Of a stretch of 64,000 nt of DNA, positions 43,804-56,195 are shown one piece after another. Source of the stretch: Octopus vulgaris (lineage: Eukaryota); NCBI GenBank assembly GCA_951406725.2, contig OX597830.1, positions 5,952,001 to 6,016,000 on the forward strand, given 5' to 3'. Both the position numbers and the translations under genes were made by a program. The notes beneath the pieces are model-generated. The model was given only the letters and a program-made list of their open reading frames with translations. It did not search any database and was not told where the DNA came from. Each line of letters opens with the position of its first letter. The stretch's first letter is position 1.

Positions 43804-44449
43804 ACAATCATTGCTCTTCTTGTAAAAGAATTATACATACATGCATAAACATACACATACACGACCATATATGTATATATTATAAATATACATAAAAATA
43901 TATGTATATATACATATATATGTGTGTGTGTGTGTGTGTGTTTATGCATATATATGTATACACACTCATTTCTCTATGTATTTAGTTGTTCTCCCGCTGG
44001 TATATATATATTTTGTATGTATGTATATGTGTGTGCAAATAGATATATATGTATGTATGCATATAGGTATATGTATATGTATATTTACACACGCATATAA
44101 TTGCTTAATAAATATTCCATATGGGGCCTCTTTCATAAACTGATCGTATGTATACGTGTAGGATAAGCGTTTCTGATTGAGTCCTCATAAATGTCCAAAA
44201 GAGATTTATGTCAACGAATGGGAAGGTTAGAAGAGAGAAGATAACAGCAGTCACATCCTCTGCCCATCCATTTCATTAGCCTCACCCCCCAGCCCAACCC
44301 TTGTAGTCATCAGCACAAACATTGACACTCATTGAGAGAAATATACTGCAGCAGTATAATACCAAGAAACCAGACTAGTATACTCTAAACTATATCATTA
44401 ACCATTTCATGTTAGTTTGAGGCCTCCGACTCGGGGATACATTGATACA

Positions 44450-45274
44450 CAGAGTGCGGCGAATAAACTGTCCCCTAAATTACGCAAACATGAAAATAAC
44501 TCTGATATCTCATTTTAACAGATATATTTACCAAAACTGCATAAAAATATCTTGATATACGAAAGAGTTGATTTATTCAATAAAATCGCCATTGTCTTCA
44601 ACCACGGGCTCCAGAACTCCTCTGGATGGATTCCTTGTTTAAGTTGGTGAATGCTGCCATAATAATAATGCTGCCTTCAGTTCCTTTTTGGTGTTACAAG
44701 CAGTTTTGTTGATCTCTTGCCCAAATGTGCCCCGCACATAATTAAGGGAGATGCAGTCTGGCGAGTTATGTGGCCAGCTGCTAAGGGTGATGTGGTCGCA
44801 GAAATTTCTGAAAACCATGACTAGATTCTCTTGCTTGTGTGGCAAGATGCAGAGTCCTGTTGCCAGCCATTCCCTTGGTGCAGTGTAACACTACCTCCTG
44901 CAGGCACTTGATGTTTTGATTGTGAGGCTACGATTGAAGATGAGTGGAGGCATAACTTCCTCATCACCTGTTGTCACTCCAAATACCATGATGATGGCTG
45001 GATGTTTGATTTTTATCACTCCTGGTACATCTCCTCAGGTTGACATCCAAACCCTCTGAAATGTTCGTATTGGAGCTGCTGGTGCAAATGCCAAGCAGTA
45101 CAGCATGTTTTATCCAGGTTTCTGGTAGAGTGAATTGCATCATGGTGCTGTTTTTCTCAAAGACGGTGCCCAACTGACTCTACTATACTGTGTAGTCAAC
45201 AAAATCAAAAATAAACAATGCACATGCCCAAAATTAAAAATATAAAATGGCAACAATTTACACATGGCACCCAG
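44450..45274 (-). mobile_element. Tc1/mariner-superfamily DD37D (maT-like) element, internally deleted
   Basis: Degenerate TIRs cagagtgcggcgaataaactgtc / ggcaacaatttacacatggcacccag-TA; minus-strand MVFGV, WQQDSASCH and WPHNSPDCISLNY with about 37 residues between the second D and the third catalytic position. Confidence 0.8.
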
Positions 45275-45974
45275 TATATTCACTGAGCAATAGGTCTGTG
45301 GGATGCAGGCGCTAATGGTTGTACAAGACAGGAAGGCTTAATTGCAAATCAGCCGGATCTATCTTTGCACACGTGGGATCTTTCATAGGATTGGGAAACA
45401 ATGATGCTTTGTTTATATTTTTTAAATAACTTATCCGGGCGGAATTTTTAAGTGCGATAATGCTTTCCAATCCAATTCTTTACTTCCCCTCTCTTTTCTC
45501 TAATACACTCATATGCGCATATGCAATTCCTCTTCTTCTCCCACCCATGCATGGACAAAATTATTTTGGAAAACTTATAAAACCATCACCAATGTATATT
45601 TAATTTTAATTCGCTTATTTTAATTCTCTTTCTCTCCTCTAACTCCCTCTTTGTCTTTCACCACACCTTCTCTCTATATATATATGTGTGTGTGCGTGTA
45701 TTTATATATATAAATATGTATATGAATACATACATATTTTCGTGCATATACATCCAAGCACACGCCCACACTTATATGTTTATATAATTTAGGTTATGGG
45801 GCCAGAGAGAGGAGTTAAGCTGGAGCTCAGGAAGAGCTGATGAGCGGTGATTTGACCACCTCTGTTTTCCCAGGAACGGGAGGCTATTACGGACCAGATT
45901 CGAAACACCAGATGATTGTTAGTTACCTTTTGATGACACCAGTTCTTCCTGGCACAAACTACACTTTGGTGAGT

Positions 45975-46193
45975 GAAGAAGTAGCACTTGCTTACCATCC
46001 AGATAGTTCCGGGTTCAGTCTCACTTCGTGGTACATTCGGCAAGTGTCTTCTGCTATAGCCTCGGGCTGACCAAAGACTTGTGAGTGGGTCTGATAGACA
46101 GAAACTGAAAGAAATCTGTTGTGTATATATATATAAATATACATACATACATACATACATATATACATACATATGTATGTATGTATATGTGTA

Positions 46194-46241
<48 letters not shown>

Positions 46242-46452
46242 ACCCCAACATGGTTTGACAACCGATGCTGGTGTGTTTAGGTCTCCGAACCGGCTTTTGC
46301 CGAACCGCTAGATTTAGCGGTTCGGCAAAAGAGACCGATAGAATAAGTACTAGGCTTACAGAAAATAAGTCCTCGGGTCGATTTTCTCAACTAAAGGCGG
46401 CACTCCAGCATGGCCACAATAAAATGACTGAAACAAATAAAACAATAAAAGA
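45975..46452 (+). mobile_element. SINE family B, near-complete, with internal microsatellite
   Basis: Head ccgggttcagtctcac...gaaactgaaagaa, TA/TACA/TG tract at 46122-46238, tail gaccgatagaataagtactaggc...gactgaaacaaataaaa. Confidence 0.85.
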
Positions 46453-46701
46453 ATTCACACACACACACACACACACGCACGTACGCACACACATATGGTT
46501 GTGAAACAAACTAAAAAATGATATAATTGGATGTTGAATTCTCTTAAACTGCACAGATAATCTTTGGCCAGATGCGACTGCAAGATTATAGTTATATAGT
46601 TAAATCGAGTTTACACTGAAGCACTCACACACATTCACAAACATATAGCAATATGCATATATACGTCCACACCACAGACACACACATACACACACACACA
46701 T

Positions 46702-46746
<45 letters not shown>

Positions 46747-47160
46747 CATCTGTGCATGTATAGAAGTATGAGGAGATCATTTTGGAAAATGTTTACAGCT
46801 TAATAGCGTATATATTTAATTGGTTTGTCCTTTAACATAGCATTTCGCACTGTTTTCTCAAATATGGCATTTCCTATTAATGGATGATCTTAATCATTCC
46901 CTTGCCAATCCATCCAAACTCTCCTCTGGAGTTTCATTTGTCTTGTAACTTATTTCCCTCAAGTCTAGGCGCAGTAATTACTTTCAGTAAAGGTAATTTA
47001 GTTAACCAAAACTCTTAGTGACAAGTGCGACTAAACTCACTTTTTCGTGTAACTGGTTTTATTACACGAACGTGTGATATCACTGAATATATAATATAGT
47101 TGGTCTAAGTTATTGATATTACTACAGGAGAATGATTATATCTGTGCCACGTATTTGTAG

Positions 47161-47658
47161 TTTGGATTCTTTGCAATCAAATTTGAATTTTTTGCACTCA
47201 AATTTGTATTTTTCAAATGGACTTAGAGCGAAGTTCGAGCAACAGTGGGCTATACTGGACGAGTTAGATAAGATAGACATGTATTCCCTTACGGCTGATG
47301 TAGTTTAACTCTTTTTTTCAAGGCTTGAGCACCAATTTCGAGAAACTAGCTTCGAATCGATTTGTGGTCATCGAATATTCTTTCGACGATGAAGACTTCT
47401 ACTTCCTACCGTTTGCAACACTTCATGACATGCAATGGTTGTCATCCGGCAATAGAAATCAACCCTGTAAAGCCCAAAGTGGCTAAATGAATTCGATTGT
47501 CTGATTTCCCAAGTACATATGTGTATAAAATACACGTGCCGGCCTGGAATTATAGAATCAAGAGGACCGTTTTCTGCGTTTTAGCTTATCCTACAAAGTC
47601 CCTTTGAGAAATTCAAATTTGATTGCAAAAAATTCAAATTTGATGGTAAAAATCCAAA
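47161..47658. mobile_element. MITE-like element with about 63-bp terminal inverted repeats
   Basis: tttggattctttgcaatcaaatttgaattttttgcactcaaatttg... (47161-47224) is closely complementary to ...caaatttgattgcaaaaaattcaaatttgatggtaaaaatccaaa (47597-47658). Confidence 0.7.
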
Positions 47659-48420
47659 TTAGATCGAAAACATCTATATATACACTTCTCTTGTTTTCAC
47701 ATTGAGTACTAATAGACCCACATATATGTCACTTCTAGGACAATTAAGAAGATTTTGTTCAATGACAAATTGAAGAGAGTCGTTAGGGAGTCACATAGAA
47801 TGTTAAACAGTAAATGTGCCGTTCACATTTTCAAGCCCCGAATCCCGCCGTTGTCAGCTTTATCTTTCACACTTTCCGGTTCAATAAATACAATACTAAC
47901 ACTTTCATGCCATCCATTCTTCTACTTCTGTCTGTCTATCTGTTTGTACGTTTGTCTTTCTGGAAGAAATCGCCTGTGATCAGCCCTACGTAAAATTAGT
48001 TCCGCAACTGTAAAACTGCATCTAATTACAGCTGTATGTTACAAAGTTGTCTCTACGGTTCAGCAACTACTTAATTGCTCAAGACGCCGCTGTAGTTGAT
48101 TAGATAATGTCCAGTAATTTGCCAGGTGCTTTATTGCATCGACTCGGAAAATTAAAAGGGAAAAATCAACGCGGGTATGCACCTCCATTTTCCAAAGACA
48201 TCAAGGAACAGATCACGACAGCTTATCACGTACTATTCATAGAATTCGGCTGAAGTTTGTATGCTTCTGTTTGAATAACAGAATCAGTATGGTAGCATAT
48301 GCCGTCTAATAAAAACAATCAGGCACAACTTTTGAGAGTCAATTTTCTGTGAAGAAGAAATTCTTGGTAATATCATCAAAGGACACATATAAAATAAGGA
48401 TGGTTTAAAATTATTTTTGA

Positions 48421-48812
48421 ACTAGCAGTATCGCCCGGCGTTTCTCGGGTTTGTTTCGACACTTTAGAATTAGAATTTTTGAAAAGTAAAAGTTTTGCAT
48501 TATGTAGCATGTTATTCTCTTTAAGTGAACATTTTTCTGGTTGAAATACACCGGAAAATGGCAACACAGCAGTCAAAAAATAATAACAAATAAGGATTTT
48601 CATAGAAAAAACGTACCTTTTTGATGTAAATAATTTTTGGTGTTAACATGGTCCGATTTGAATTTTTGCTTCTACGGAAGAAAGAGCAAGCCTTCTTCTA
48701 TCATACTTTCAATTTTTGTCAACTTGCGCCGCAGGGTCTCGGAGGAGATAATGTTAGTTAAAGGCTACCAAACCTGCCATACGCAAACAACTTCAGCTTT
48801 ATGTAGAGAGTG
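48421..48812 (+). mobile_element. Non-autonomous Helitron/Helentron (HINE-like) element
   Basis: Starts actagcagtatcg followed by hairpin cccg-gcgtttct-cggg; ends acaacttcagctttat; same architecture as DINE-1/Lep1-type elements. Confidence 0.6.
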
Positions 48813-49353
48813 ATTAGTCGAAATAAACGTAAAATTGCGATGTTATATCTTGATAAATTCTAAATTAATATGCTAATTTCGATGATAGTTGTATACGTAG
48901 TTACGTGGGTAAGAAGTCTGATGAGCAGTCACGTTGGTTTGAGTTCAGTCCCAGCACAAGACAGCTTGGTCGAGTGCCAGCGCTCCTATACGACTACGGT
49001 CTTGTGAGTGATACTTGAATGCATCTATCTTTGTGAGCATGCGTATATGTGTGTGAAACAATAATTGTATGTTTGTGTTTGTGCGTTACTCTGTGCGTGA
49101 GTGTGTGTGTGGGGGGGTACAGACTTGGAGTAACGAGTGCATGTCATTGAAGAGGTTGCGATAAGAGAGGAAACGACTTTGACGAAGCGCACAATGACTG
49201 ATTGATCAAACGATTTCTCAACCAATCGATTATCTCAGTGGTTAATTAGTTAATTAAAAGACTAATAATACAAGGAAGTAGAAGTAGAAGGAAGTAGAAG
49301 TAGCACTACGTAAGTTTCGTGTTTATTAGTATATATGCATATATGCATATACG

Positions 49354-49388
<35 letters not shown>

Positions 49389-50443
49389 ATCCAAAAAAGT
49401 ATGCACATTTCAGGAGAGGAAAACTTTCTGCAAGTATTTAACTTGCATTGATACATCTATGAATATAAATACGATTTGGCATCAAAATGTTTCCGGACTA
49501 GATATGTTTTAGCATCGCTTCCTTCGAAATTCAGTCATCCCTGTCCATATTGCTGTTCACCTGTCACGGTTTATTAGTTAAGGTTACTTCTTCAAAGAGT
49601 GAGATGACCAGACGAATGCGTCTGTGAGGTGGCAACGATATTTTCCTGGAGAGTAGATGCACAGGCATTTTATATTCGGCAGCAAGGGATGGGTTAAACC
49701 TCTTGATTCTATAATTCCAGGCCTGCACGTGCATTCTATACACAGTTGTGCTTGGCAAATCAGACAATAGAATTCATTTAGCCACTTTGAGCGTAACAGG
49801 TTTGATTTCTATTCCCGGATGACAACGATTACTTCTCTTTCTCACGGTTTTCCCTATAAGTTCTTATGTTAAACCTCGCGTAATATGTTTTGCGTAATAT
49901 GCATGAGCTCTCTGTACATAAGTAGACACTTGTAGACAGTTGTATATAGCTTGTCATGTTTGTGGTATTTACTACATTATTTCAAGTAGACAATATAAGC
50001 TAGAAAACACACGTTTGTTTCGCAGGCGTGAGAGCTAACAAGTGTGCTCTAGTTGCTAGCTCCGAGGGCTTTCACTACAACCCTATAACGGATTTTTCGG
50101 AAGATCGGAACGTTTCTTAGCAGCGTATATTCGAATGGCGTCGGATCTCATCGACCGAAGTGTATTCAGATAAATAAGAATTCACGATACCTCAAATACA
50201 GGAACCATGGTACCTCAGATATTGGAGCCATGATACCGCGGATATTATCAGATTCAAGAGGAAAGGTGTGGGGACATTCCGATTCAAGGACATTTTATCT
50301 TTGTTAATTGTCAACTGTGAGTTGTTACAACTGTGGTGTTCTTGGTAAAACATGTTCAATGACTATCTCCTTATCCTCTTGGAGATTTTGGATAAAATTA
50401 TACTAATGTGTCCTTCAAATTTAATTACATTCTATGTTTTTTG

Positions 50444-50530
50444 TGCAGCTGAAGATTGCACTACATTTTAAATTGATGTAATGTTTGCATTTTTCAATTA
50501 AATGCAGTCGCAAGAAACGATCGTACTGCA
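50444..50530 (+). ncRNA. Type I hammerhead ribozyme, canonical core, long stem II
   Basis: tgcag CTGAAGA ttgc-actacattt...aaatgcagt-c-gcaa GAA ACGATCGT A ctgca. Confidence 0.85.
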
Positions 50531-50643
50531 TTACCTCTGGATATCCTTGTTGCTTATTTTGATTATAATCACCGTATTTTAAATTGTATAAATAATATTA
50601 TACTAAATTCTGGTGCCTCAACTTAAGTACCATATTCATCTGA

Positions 50644-50711
<68 letters not shown>

Positions 50712-50987
50712 TTGTGTATGTGTTTGCATAAACACACACACTTGTATGCGTATATATTGTATAAGCAAGTGAAGGTAGGAGGTTCGGTGGAGATTTTCTA
50801 TTCTTCCTTCTGTTTATTTTTCATTAAATCCCTGTAAATGCAAAAGAAACTCTTCCAAAAGTTGTTTACCGAAAATAAATTAGAAAACACTTAATGGAAT
50901 CAGATAAGTAAATTACCTATTGCTGAAGAATTGCTACTAGTTTATCAAAATATATCAGTGTAATAGATATAGAAATACTCACACACA

Positions 50988-51043
<56 letters not shown>

Positions 51044-51129
51044 AGCATACACACACATACACACACACATACATATATGTATATATCAATGTCGATGCAA
51101 TTTTTAGAATAACGATTAAACCATGAATA

Positions 51130-52060
51130 GATTAGATTCTCAATTTTATATTTCTCCGTCCTACAATGGCTTCTTGTAGCTTTACCTCTGATTTAAAGCT
51201 GCCATTAATTGTGTATTTCCGAACATTAAAATTTAGAGAAAACATTTGAGTTTGCATCCCTTATTATTTACAAGCCGCCTCTTCGTCTTGTGATCTAGAG
51301 ATAACATCTTTCAGGTCATTCTTCAGTTGACCAGTGTCTTTAACCAGGTGGTCAGTATATCCTGGCTAGATGCCCCCTGGGTAGCTTTTCGTATATTAGT
51401 TCGCAGATATTACTATTACATTCTTGCTACGAAGTCAGTGTCCGTTGGTTCCCTTCCAGTCATAGTGGAGTGATCACATAGGAAATACTGTAAAAGAACC
51501 TCTGGTTTTTTTTTAGGAACTGCTCTTTGCTGTTAAGTGCTGCTCTCGGAAGACCTGTGCCTGTTAAATAAGGTTTTGTTTCTAGTGCCTTATTGAGAGT
51601 CCATGTAGTAGAGTTGTGTGCGTAAGAAGCTAATCTTAAGCTCCCTGTTTAGATCCTCGTTGCTATTTGGTTTGATATCCGAGAGATACAATTATTCTGT
51701 GAGGAGTAAATAAAAGGATAAATCCGTGAGGTATAGTCAGTGAATATAGATTTGTTTTACCACGTGACTTCGGAAAGATAACCATCGTTTCACAAACTTG
51801 TTCAAGTAAGAGTAATTTTAGTATTCAAGAAATGATGTGTAAATGTTTGCCTTATGTGTGTTCGGCGTTATACAATTGTATTTTCACAAAATTAATGCAA
51901 ACAAAACACGAGATCATCAGATCAAAAGAACATTGTGGTCACATCTAACACTAACCGTTTACACAAAATACACTTTTCATATATAGAATGTGTGGAAGGC
52001 TAAATCTGGACAAAATACATTGATTTCATCAGCTAAAAGTAAACATCAGAGTAAATATAT
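51130..52060 (-). mobile_element. Possible very decayed Penelope-like ORF relic
   Basis: Scattered minus-strand remnants (PFIYSSQNN, ICELIY, DEINVFCPDLAF) in roughly the expected RT-to-endonuclease order; many stops. Confidence 0.3.
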
Positions 52061-52297
52061 ACTGCGGCTCTTTTATAAACAATAATTTCTCCTCAACCGA
52101 ACAGCCTCAGACCATTTAAGATAAAGTGCTTGAAAGAAAAAAAGGGATTCACTATCTTTAACAACTAAACAAGTAGCTTGCTCACGAATCACATGGTTCC
52201 AGGTTCAGCCCCACTGCGTTGTGTCTTATACTATAGCCTCGGGCCAACCAAAGCCTTGTGAGTGGACTTGGTAGACGGAAACTGAAAGAAGCCCATC

Positions 52298-52364
<67 letters not shown>

Positions 52365-52526
52365 TGAGAAAGTTGGTTTGTGAAAGCACGTTGTTGAATA
52401 TATAGAAAATAGTAAAAAGTGAAAAAACTACAGAAGGCTTGTTTTAAAAGGTTAAAAAATATATATTTGAGTCAATATGTCTGAAGAATGTTATAAATTT
52501 TTTTCTTACAATGATATAGTTTAGAA

Positions 52527-52562
52527 GAAATGACCGGTTTCGCGTTCAGCTTTTCAAATTTC
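52527..52562 (-). ncRNA. Minimal type I hammerhead, U3-A8 variant
   Basis: Minus strand: gaaat TTGAAAA gc-tgaac-gc GAA ACCGGT C atttc. Confidence 0.8.
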
Positions 52563-52733
52563 TTACACAAATTAGACTAAACAAGGAAACATTCTTCATT
52601 GAAAAATACAAGCCCAAACTTAACCATTCCAACATATTTTACAAGAAAATTCACTCCAAAAGAAAGGCAAACAATTTTAAGCGATTATCTCCCTTACACC
52701 GGAAGATATCACTTATTACCTCCCCTTATCTGG

Positions 52734-52841
52734 AACTCTTCTCAACATAAACATAACGATAACTCTCCTCAACATAAACATAACGATAACTCTTTTGACC
52801 ATAAACATAACGATAACTCTTCTCAACGTAAACATAACGAT
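52734..52841. repeat. 27-bp minisatellite, four copies
   Basis: aactcttctcaacataaacataacgat repeated four times with few substitutions. Confidence 0.95.
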
Positions 52842-52845
52842 GTAA

Positions 52846-52881
52846 GGAATTTGAAAAGCTGAACGCGAAACCGGTCATTTC
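52846..52881 (+). ncRNA. Minimal type I hammerhead, U3-A8 variant
   Basis: ggaat TTGAAAA gc-tgaac-gc GAA ACCGGT C atttc. Confidence 0.8.
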
Positions 52882-53001
52882 TTCTAAAGTATGTCATTGT
52901 AAGAAACAAATTTATAATATTCTTCAGACATATTGACTCAAATATATATTTTTTAACCTTTTAAAACAAGCCTTCTGTAGTTTTTTCTCTTTTTACTATT
53001 T

Positions 53002-53067
<66 letters not shown>

Positions 53068-53068
<1 letters not shown>

Positions 53069-53999
53069 GACTTTGGCTTAGCTATCAGCCTTAAGAAGAC
53101 CAACATCATGGATCAGGCTACATCGGACATCTCAAACATACATATTGGAGACCACAGATTACAAGAGGTGGAGAAGTTTACCTATTTGGGCTCTACCTTC
53201 ACCTACAACCTATCCCTCAACGCTGAGCTCAATATACGCATTGGCAAGGCAGCTGCTGCGATGGCCCAACTCTCCAAACGGGCTTGGGACAACAATAAGC
53301 TGACCAAGACCACGAAAATGAAGATCTACCAGCATGTGTACTTAGCACTTTACTGTATGGAAGTGAGACTTGGACGCTATACACACGCCAAGAGCGTCGC
53401 CTAAACATCTTTCACCTGCGCTGCCTCCGGAAAATCCTCCGCATCAAATGGCAGAACCATATCCCCGACAAAGATGTCCTCAGACAAGCAGGAATACCAA
53501 GCATGTTTGCATTCCTCACACAAAGACGTATGAGATGGCTTGGGCATGTTAGCCGTATGAAAGATGGCAGAATCCCCAAGGACATACTCTACGGTGAGCT
53601 TGCTAGGGGTACTAGGTCTGTGGGTAGACCGCTCTTACGTTACAAGAATGTTTGCAAAAGGGGCATGAAGGCCTGCAGCATCAATATTAGCGGTTGGGAG
53701 GCAGTTGCCGGCAACCGTGGAGATTGGCGACGTACCGTAAAAGAGGGAATACAAAGGAGTAACAGAGTGAGAGAGGAGAAATGGAAAGACAAGAGAAGAC
53801 GTCAACAAGAAACTATGGCATTACAACCAGCCAGGAACAGTCTTCGCTACATTTGCGTTACCTGCCAGAGGTAGTGTTTGTCCAGGATAGGACTACACAG
53901 CCACAGCAGGAAATGTATCAGGACATGGAATGTAAAAGCCGGACTAGACTACTTTATGCGCAACTCCATTGTCTCCCGAGACAAAAAGGATGCCAACCA
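53068..53999 (+). mobile_element. RTE-clade (BovB-like) LINE 3' fragment
   Basis: FGLAISLKKTNIM, VEKFTYLGST, RIGKAAAA, LLYGSETWT, RRMRWLGHVSRMKDGRIPKDILYGEL, C-terminal CxxC...SRIGLHSH; frameshift near 53335 and stop at 53872; flanked by (TA)n. Confidence 0.92.
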
Positions 54000-54434
54000 A
54001 TATATATATATATATATGTATGTATGTGTGTGTATATGTTTGTGTGTCTGTGTTTGTCGCCCACAACATCGCTTGACAACCGATGCTAGTGTGTTTACGT
54101 CCCCGTAACTTAGCGGTTCGGCAAAAGAGACCGATAGCATAAGTACTAGGCTTGGGCTGGATTTGCTCGACTAAAGGCGGTGCTCCAGCATGGCCACAGT
54201 CCCATGACTGAAACAAGTAAAAGAGTAAAGAGTAAATACAAAACATAAGACTATAAGCAAGTGATGTAGAAAAGTGTTATGAGTGTAAATACACAGGAAA
54301 CAAAAGAGCAGGTGATTTAAAGATTCTACAGAATACACGGCTGACGGCTTTGCAGCAGTGGGCAGCCTACAGTAAGTCCAGTATTCATCCGGGCAACATA
54401 GAGACACATCCACACATATAAATTCACGCATATA

Positions 54435-55693
54435 CGAGGGACGTTCAATAAGTAATGCCTCTGACCCACTTCCAGATGTTTGATCTAGCTGAAATTTTGC
54501 ATGTGCAATTACCTTTATCTCTATAGATTAGGTGGAAAATTACAGCTCTGAACTTATTATGGCTTCTGATTTACAGGTGTTTGAACTGAGTCAAGTGTGA
54601 AATAGAGCCTGTTGAGTGTCGAGCAGTGATCCGGTTTTTGTATTTGAAAGGACGCACACCATGGGAGACTTTTGATGAAATGAAAGTAACTTATGGTGGT
54701 GATGCTCCATCATATGACCTTGTAAAACGCTGACATCGTGAATTCAAACATGGTCGACCCCCTTCTGCCATTGATGAGGCATCTGTCCGTCAAGTTAAGG
54801 CTGCCATTTTGGAAGATCGACGCATAATTATTCGCCAAATAGCCCATGAGGTCAAGATTAGTACCGGGTCAGTGGAAACTATCATTCATGACCATTTGCA
54901 TATGCAAATGGTGTCTGCCAGATTGATTCCCATGTTGCTCACACCTTTCCAGAAGCAAGAACGCGTCGAGTGCTCGAGGATGAATTTGGAGACGTACCAA
55001 AAAGATGAGTCAAACTTTTTCAAAAGACAGATTACACAGGATGAAACCTGGGTCCATCACTATGATCCAGAGACCAAATCCCAGTCAATGCAGTGGAAGC
55101 ACCGTGACTCACCTCCTCCAAAGAAGGCAAGGGTGCAGCCCTCTGCTGGCAAGGTCATGCTCACAGTCTTCTGGGACCAGGCCGGAGTAGTGATGACAGA
55201 TTTCCTGGCAAAGGGTACCACAATTACAGGAGCCTATTATGCTTCACTTTTGAGGAAATTAAGAGAAGCTATCAAAATCAAGAGGCGGGGCAAGATCAGC
55301 GAAGGCATCTTCCTCCTGCAGGACAACGCTCCGGTCCACAACTCGCGTGTCGCCAGATCAGAAGCACAGGCGTGCTGCTATGAACTCTTCCCCCACCCCC
55401 TACTCTCCTGACCTTGCACCCTCTGATTTTCACCTCTTCCCTGCCATGACGTTGTTTTTGAAAAGAAAGCACTTCCCAGATGATGCAGCCTTGATTTCTA
55501 AAGTCACGTCGTGGATGGAGGACCTAGCTGGGGGTCTTTTACAAAAACGGTCTCCAGAGCTGGATCAAACAATGGGAGAAATGCGTAACTCTGAGTGGTT
55601 CCTATGTAGAAAAAGACCAATAACTGTACCAAGTTCCGTTGCTCTACTGGTATGGGAAGTGGGTCAGGGGCATTACTTATTGAACGCCCCTCG
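54435..55693 (+). mobile_element. Full-length mariner (DD34D, irritans/Himar-like) transposon
   Basis: 39-bp TIRs with 2 mismatches (54435-54473, 55655-55693); TA target duplication on both sides; 1259 bp. Confidence 0.95.
54602..55622 (+). pseudogene. mariner transposase, inactivated
   Basis: RAVIRFLYLKG, TQDETWVHHYDP, LQDNAPVH, YSPDLAPSDFHLF; start codon reads ATA, in-frame TGA at 54731, short deletion near 54757, frameshifts near 55390 and 55535. Confidence 0.92.
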
Positions 55694-55857
55694 TACGTGC
55701 TTGGATTTTCTGGATTTTCCGTTACATGGACGACTTACAGGTTCCTATTTCTTCATTAATTACTAAGTCGATGGAGAACGGAACCCTCAAGAGAAGTATA
55801 ATGCGACAGTAGCATGACTTTCTGAATCGATATCTTATATTAGTCACTTGCACCGAC

Positions 55858-55904
<47 letters not shown>

Positions 55905-56195
55905 TGTATACATGCATGTATATATACATATATATTTCTATATAATACATATATGTATATATTGATGAAATTTTTTGAAAAAATTTTATCCTATATTAGA
56001 AGTAAATTTATTACCATTCATTTCGTGACTGGTGACCACTCTAAGTTTTGGTTCCTGACCGATTACACAACGTGCCGAGGCTCGCTACATAATTTTATAT
56101 TTGAATATATCTGGGGTGCTTATGTGTACACATGACTTTTGCTTCTGATTTTTCCCATGAGTTCTTGCAAGTATTTCATTTATTTCTTATCGTAT

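Larger units (their letters stand above)
52404..53004 (+). mobile_element. 5'-truncated Penelope-like element with inverted pLTR copy
   Basis: 164-bp inverted arms at 52404-52567 and 52841-53004; the spacer encodes QIRLNKETFFIEKYKPKLN (GIY-YIG C-terminal E...KP.LN motif); each arm holds a hammerhead. Confidence 0.85.
52170..54238 (+). mobile_element. SINE family B split by nested PLE and RTE insertions (head 52170-52280, tail about 54000-54238)
   Basis: Head ends gaaactgaaagaagcccatcg-(TA)n; tail resumes catcgcttgacaaccgatgctagtgtgtttacgtccccg...gaaacaagtaaaagagtaaagag. Confidence 0.85.

Noticed and set aside
45836-45920. CTGATGAG ... CGAAAC spaced about 60 nt apart
   Set aside because: Stems I, II and III cannot be paired convincingly.
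48918-48960. CTGATGAG motif
   Set aside because: It lies within a decayed SINE B head and has no downstream GAAA or stems.
52734-52841. Regular 27-bp repeats resembling a CRISPR array
   Set aside because: The repeats are contiguous with no unique spacers, there are no cas genes, and the context is eukaryotic.
52885-52935. SECIS-like hairpin in the PLE 3' region
   Set aside because: A hairpin with an A-rich loop exists, but the AUGA/GA quartet is absent on the sense strand.
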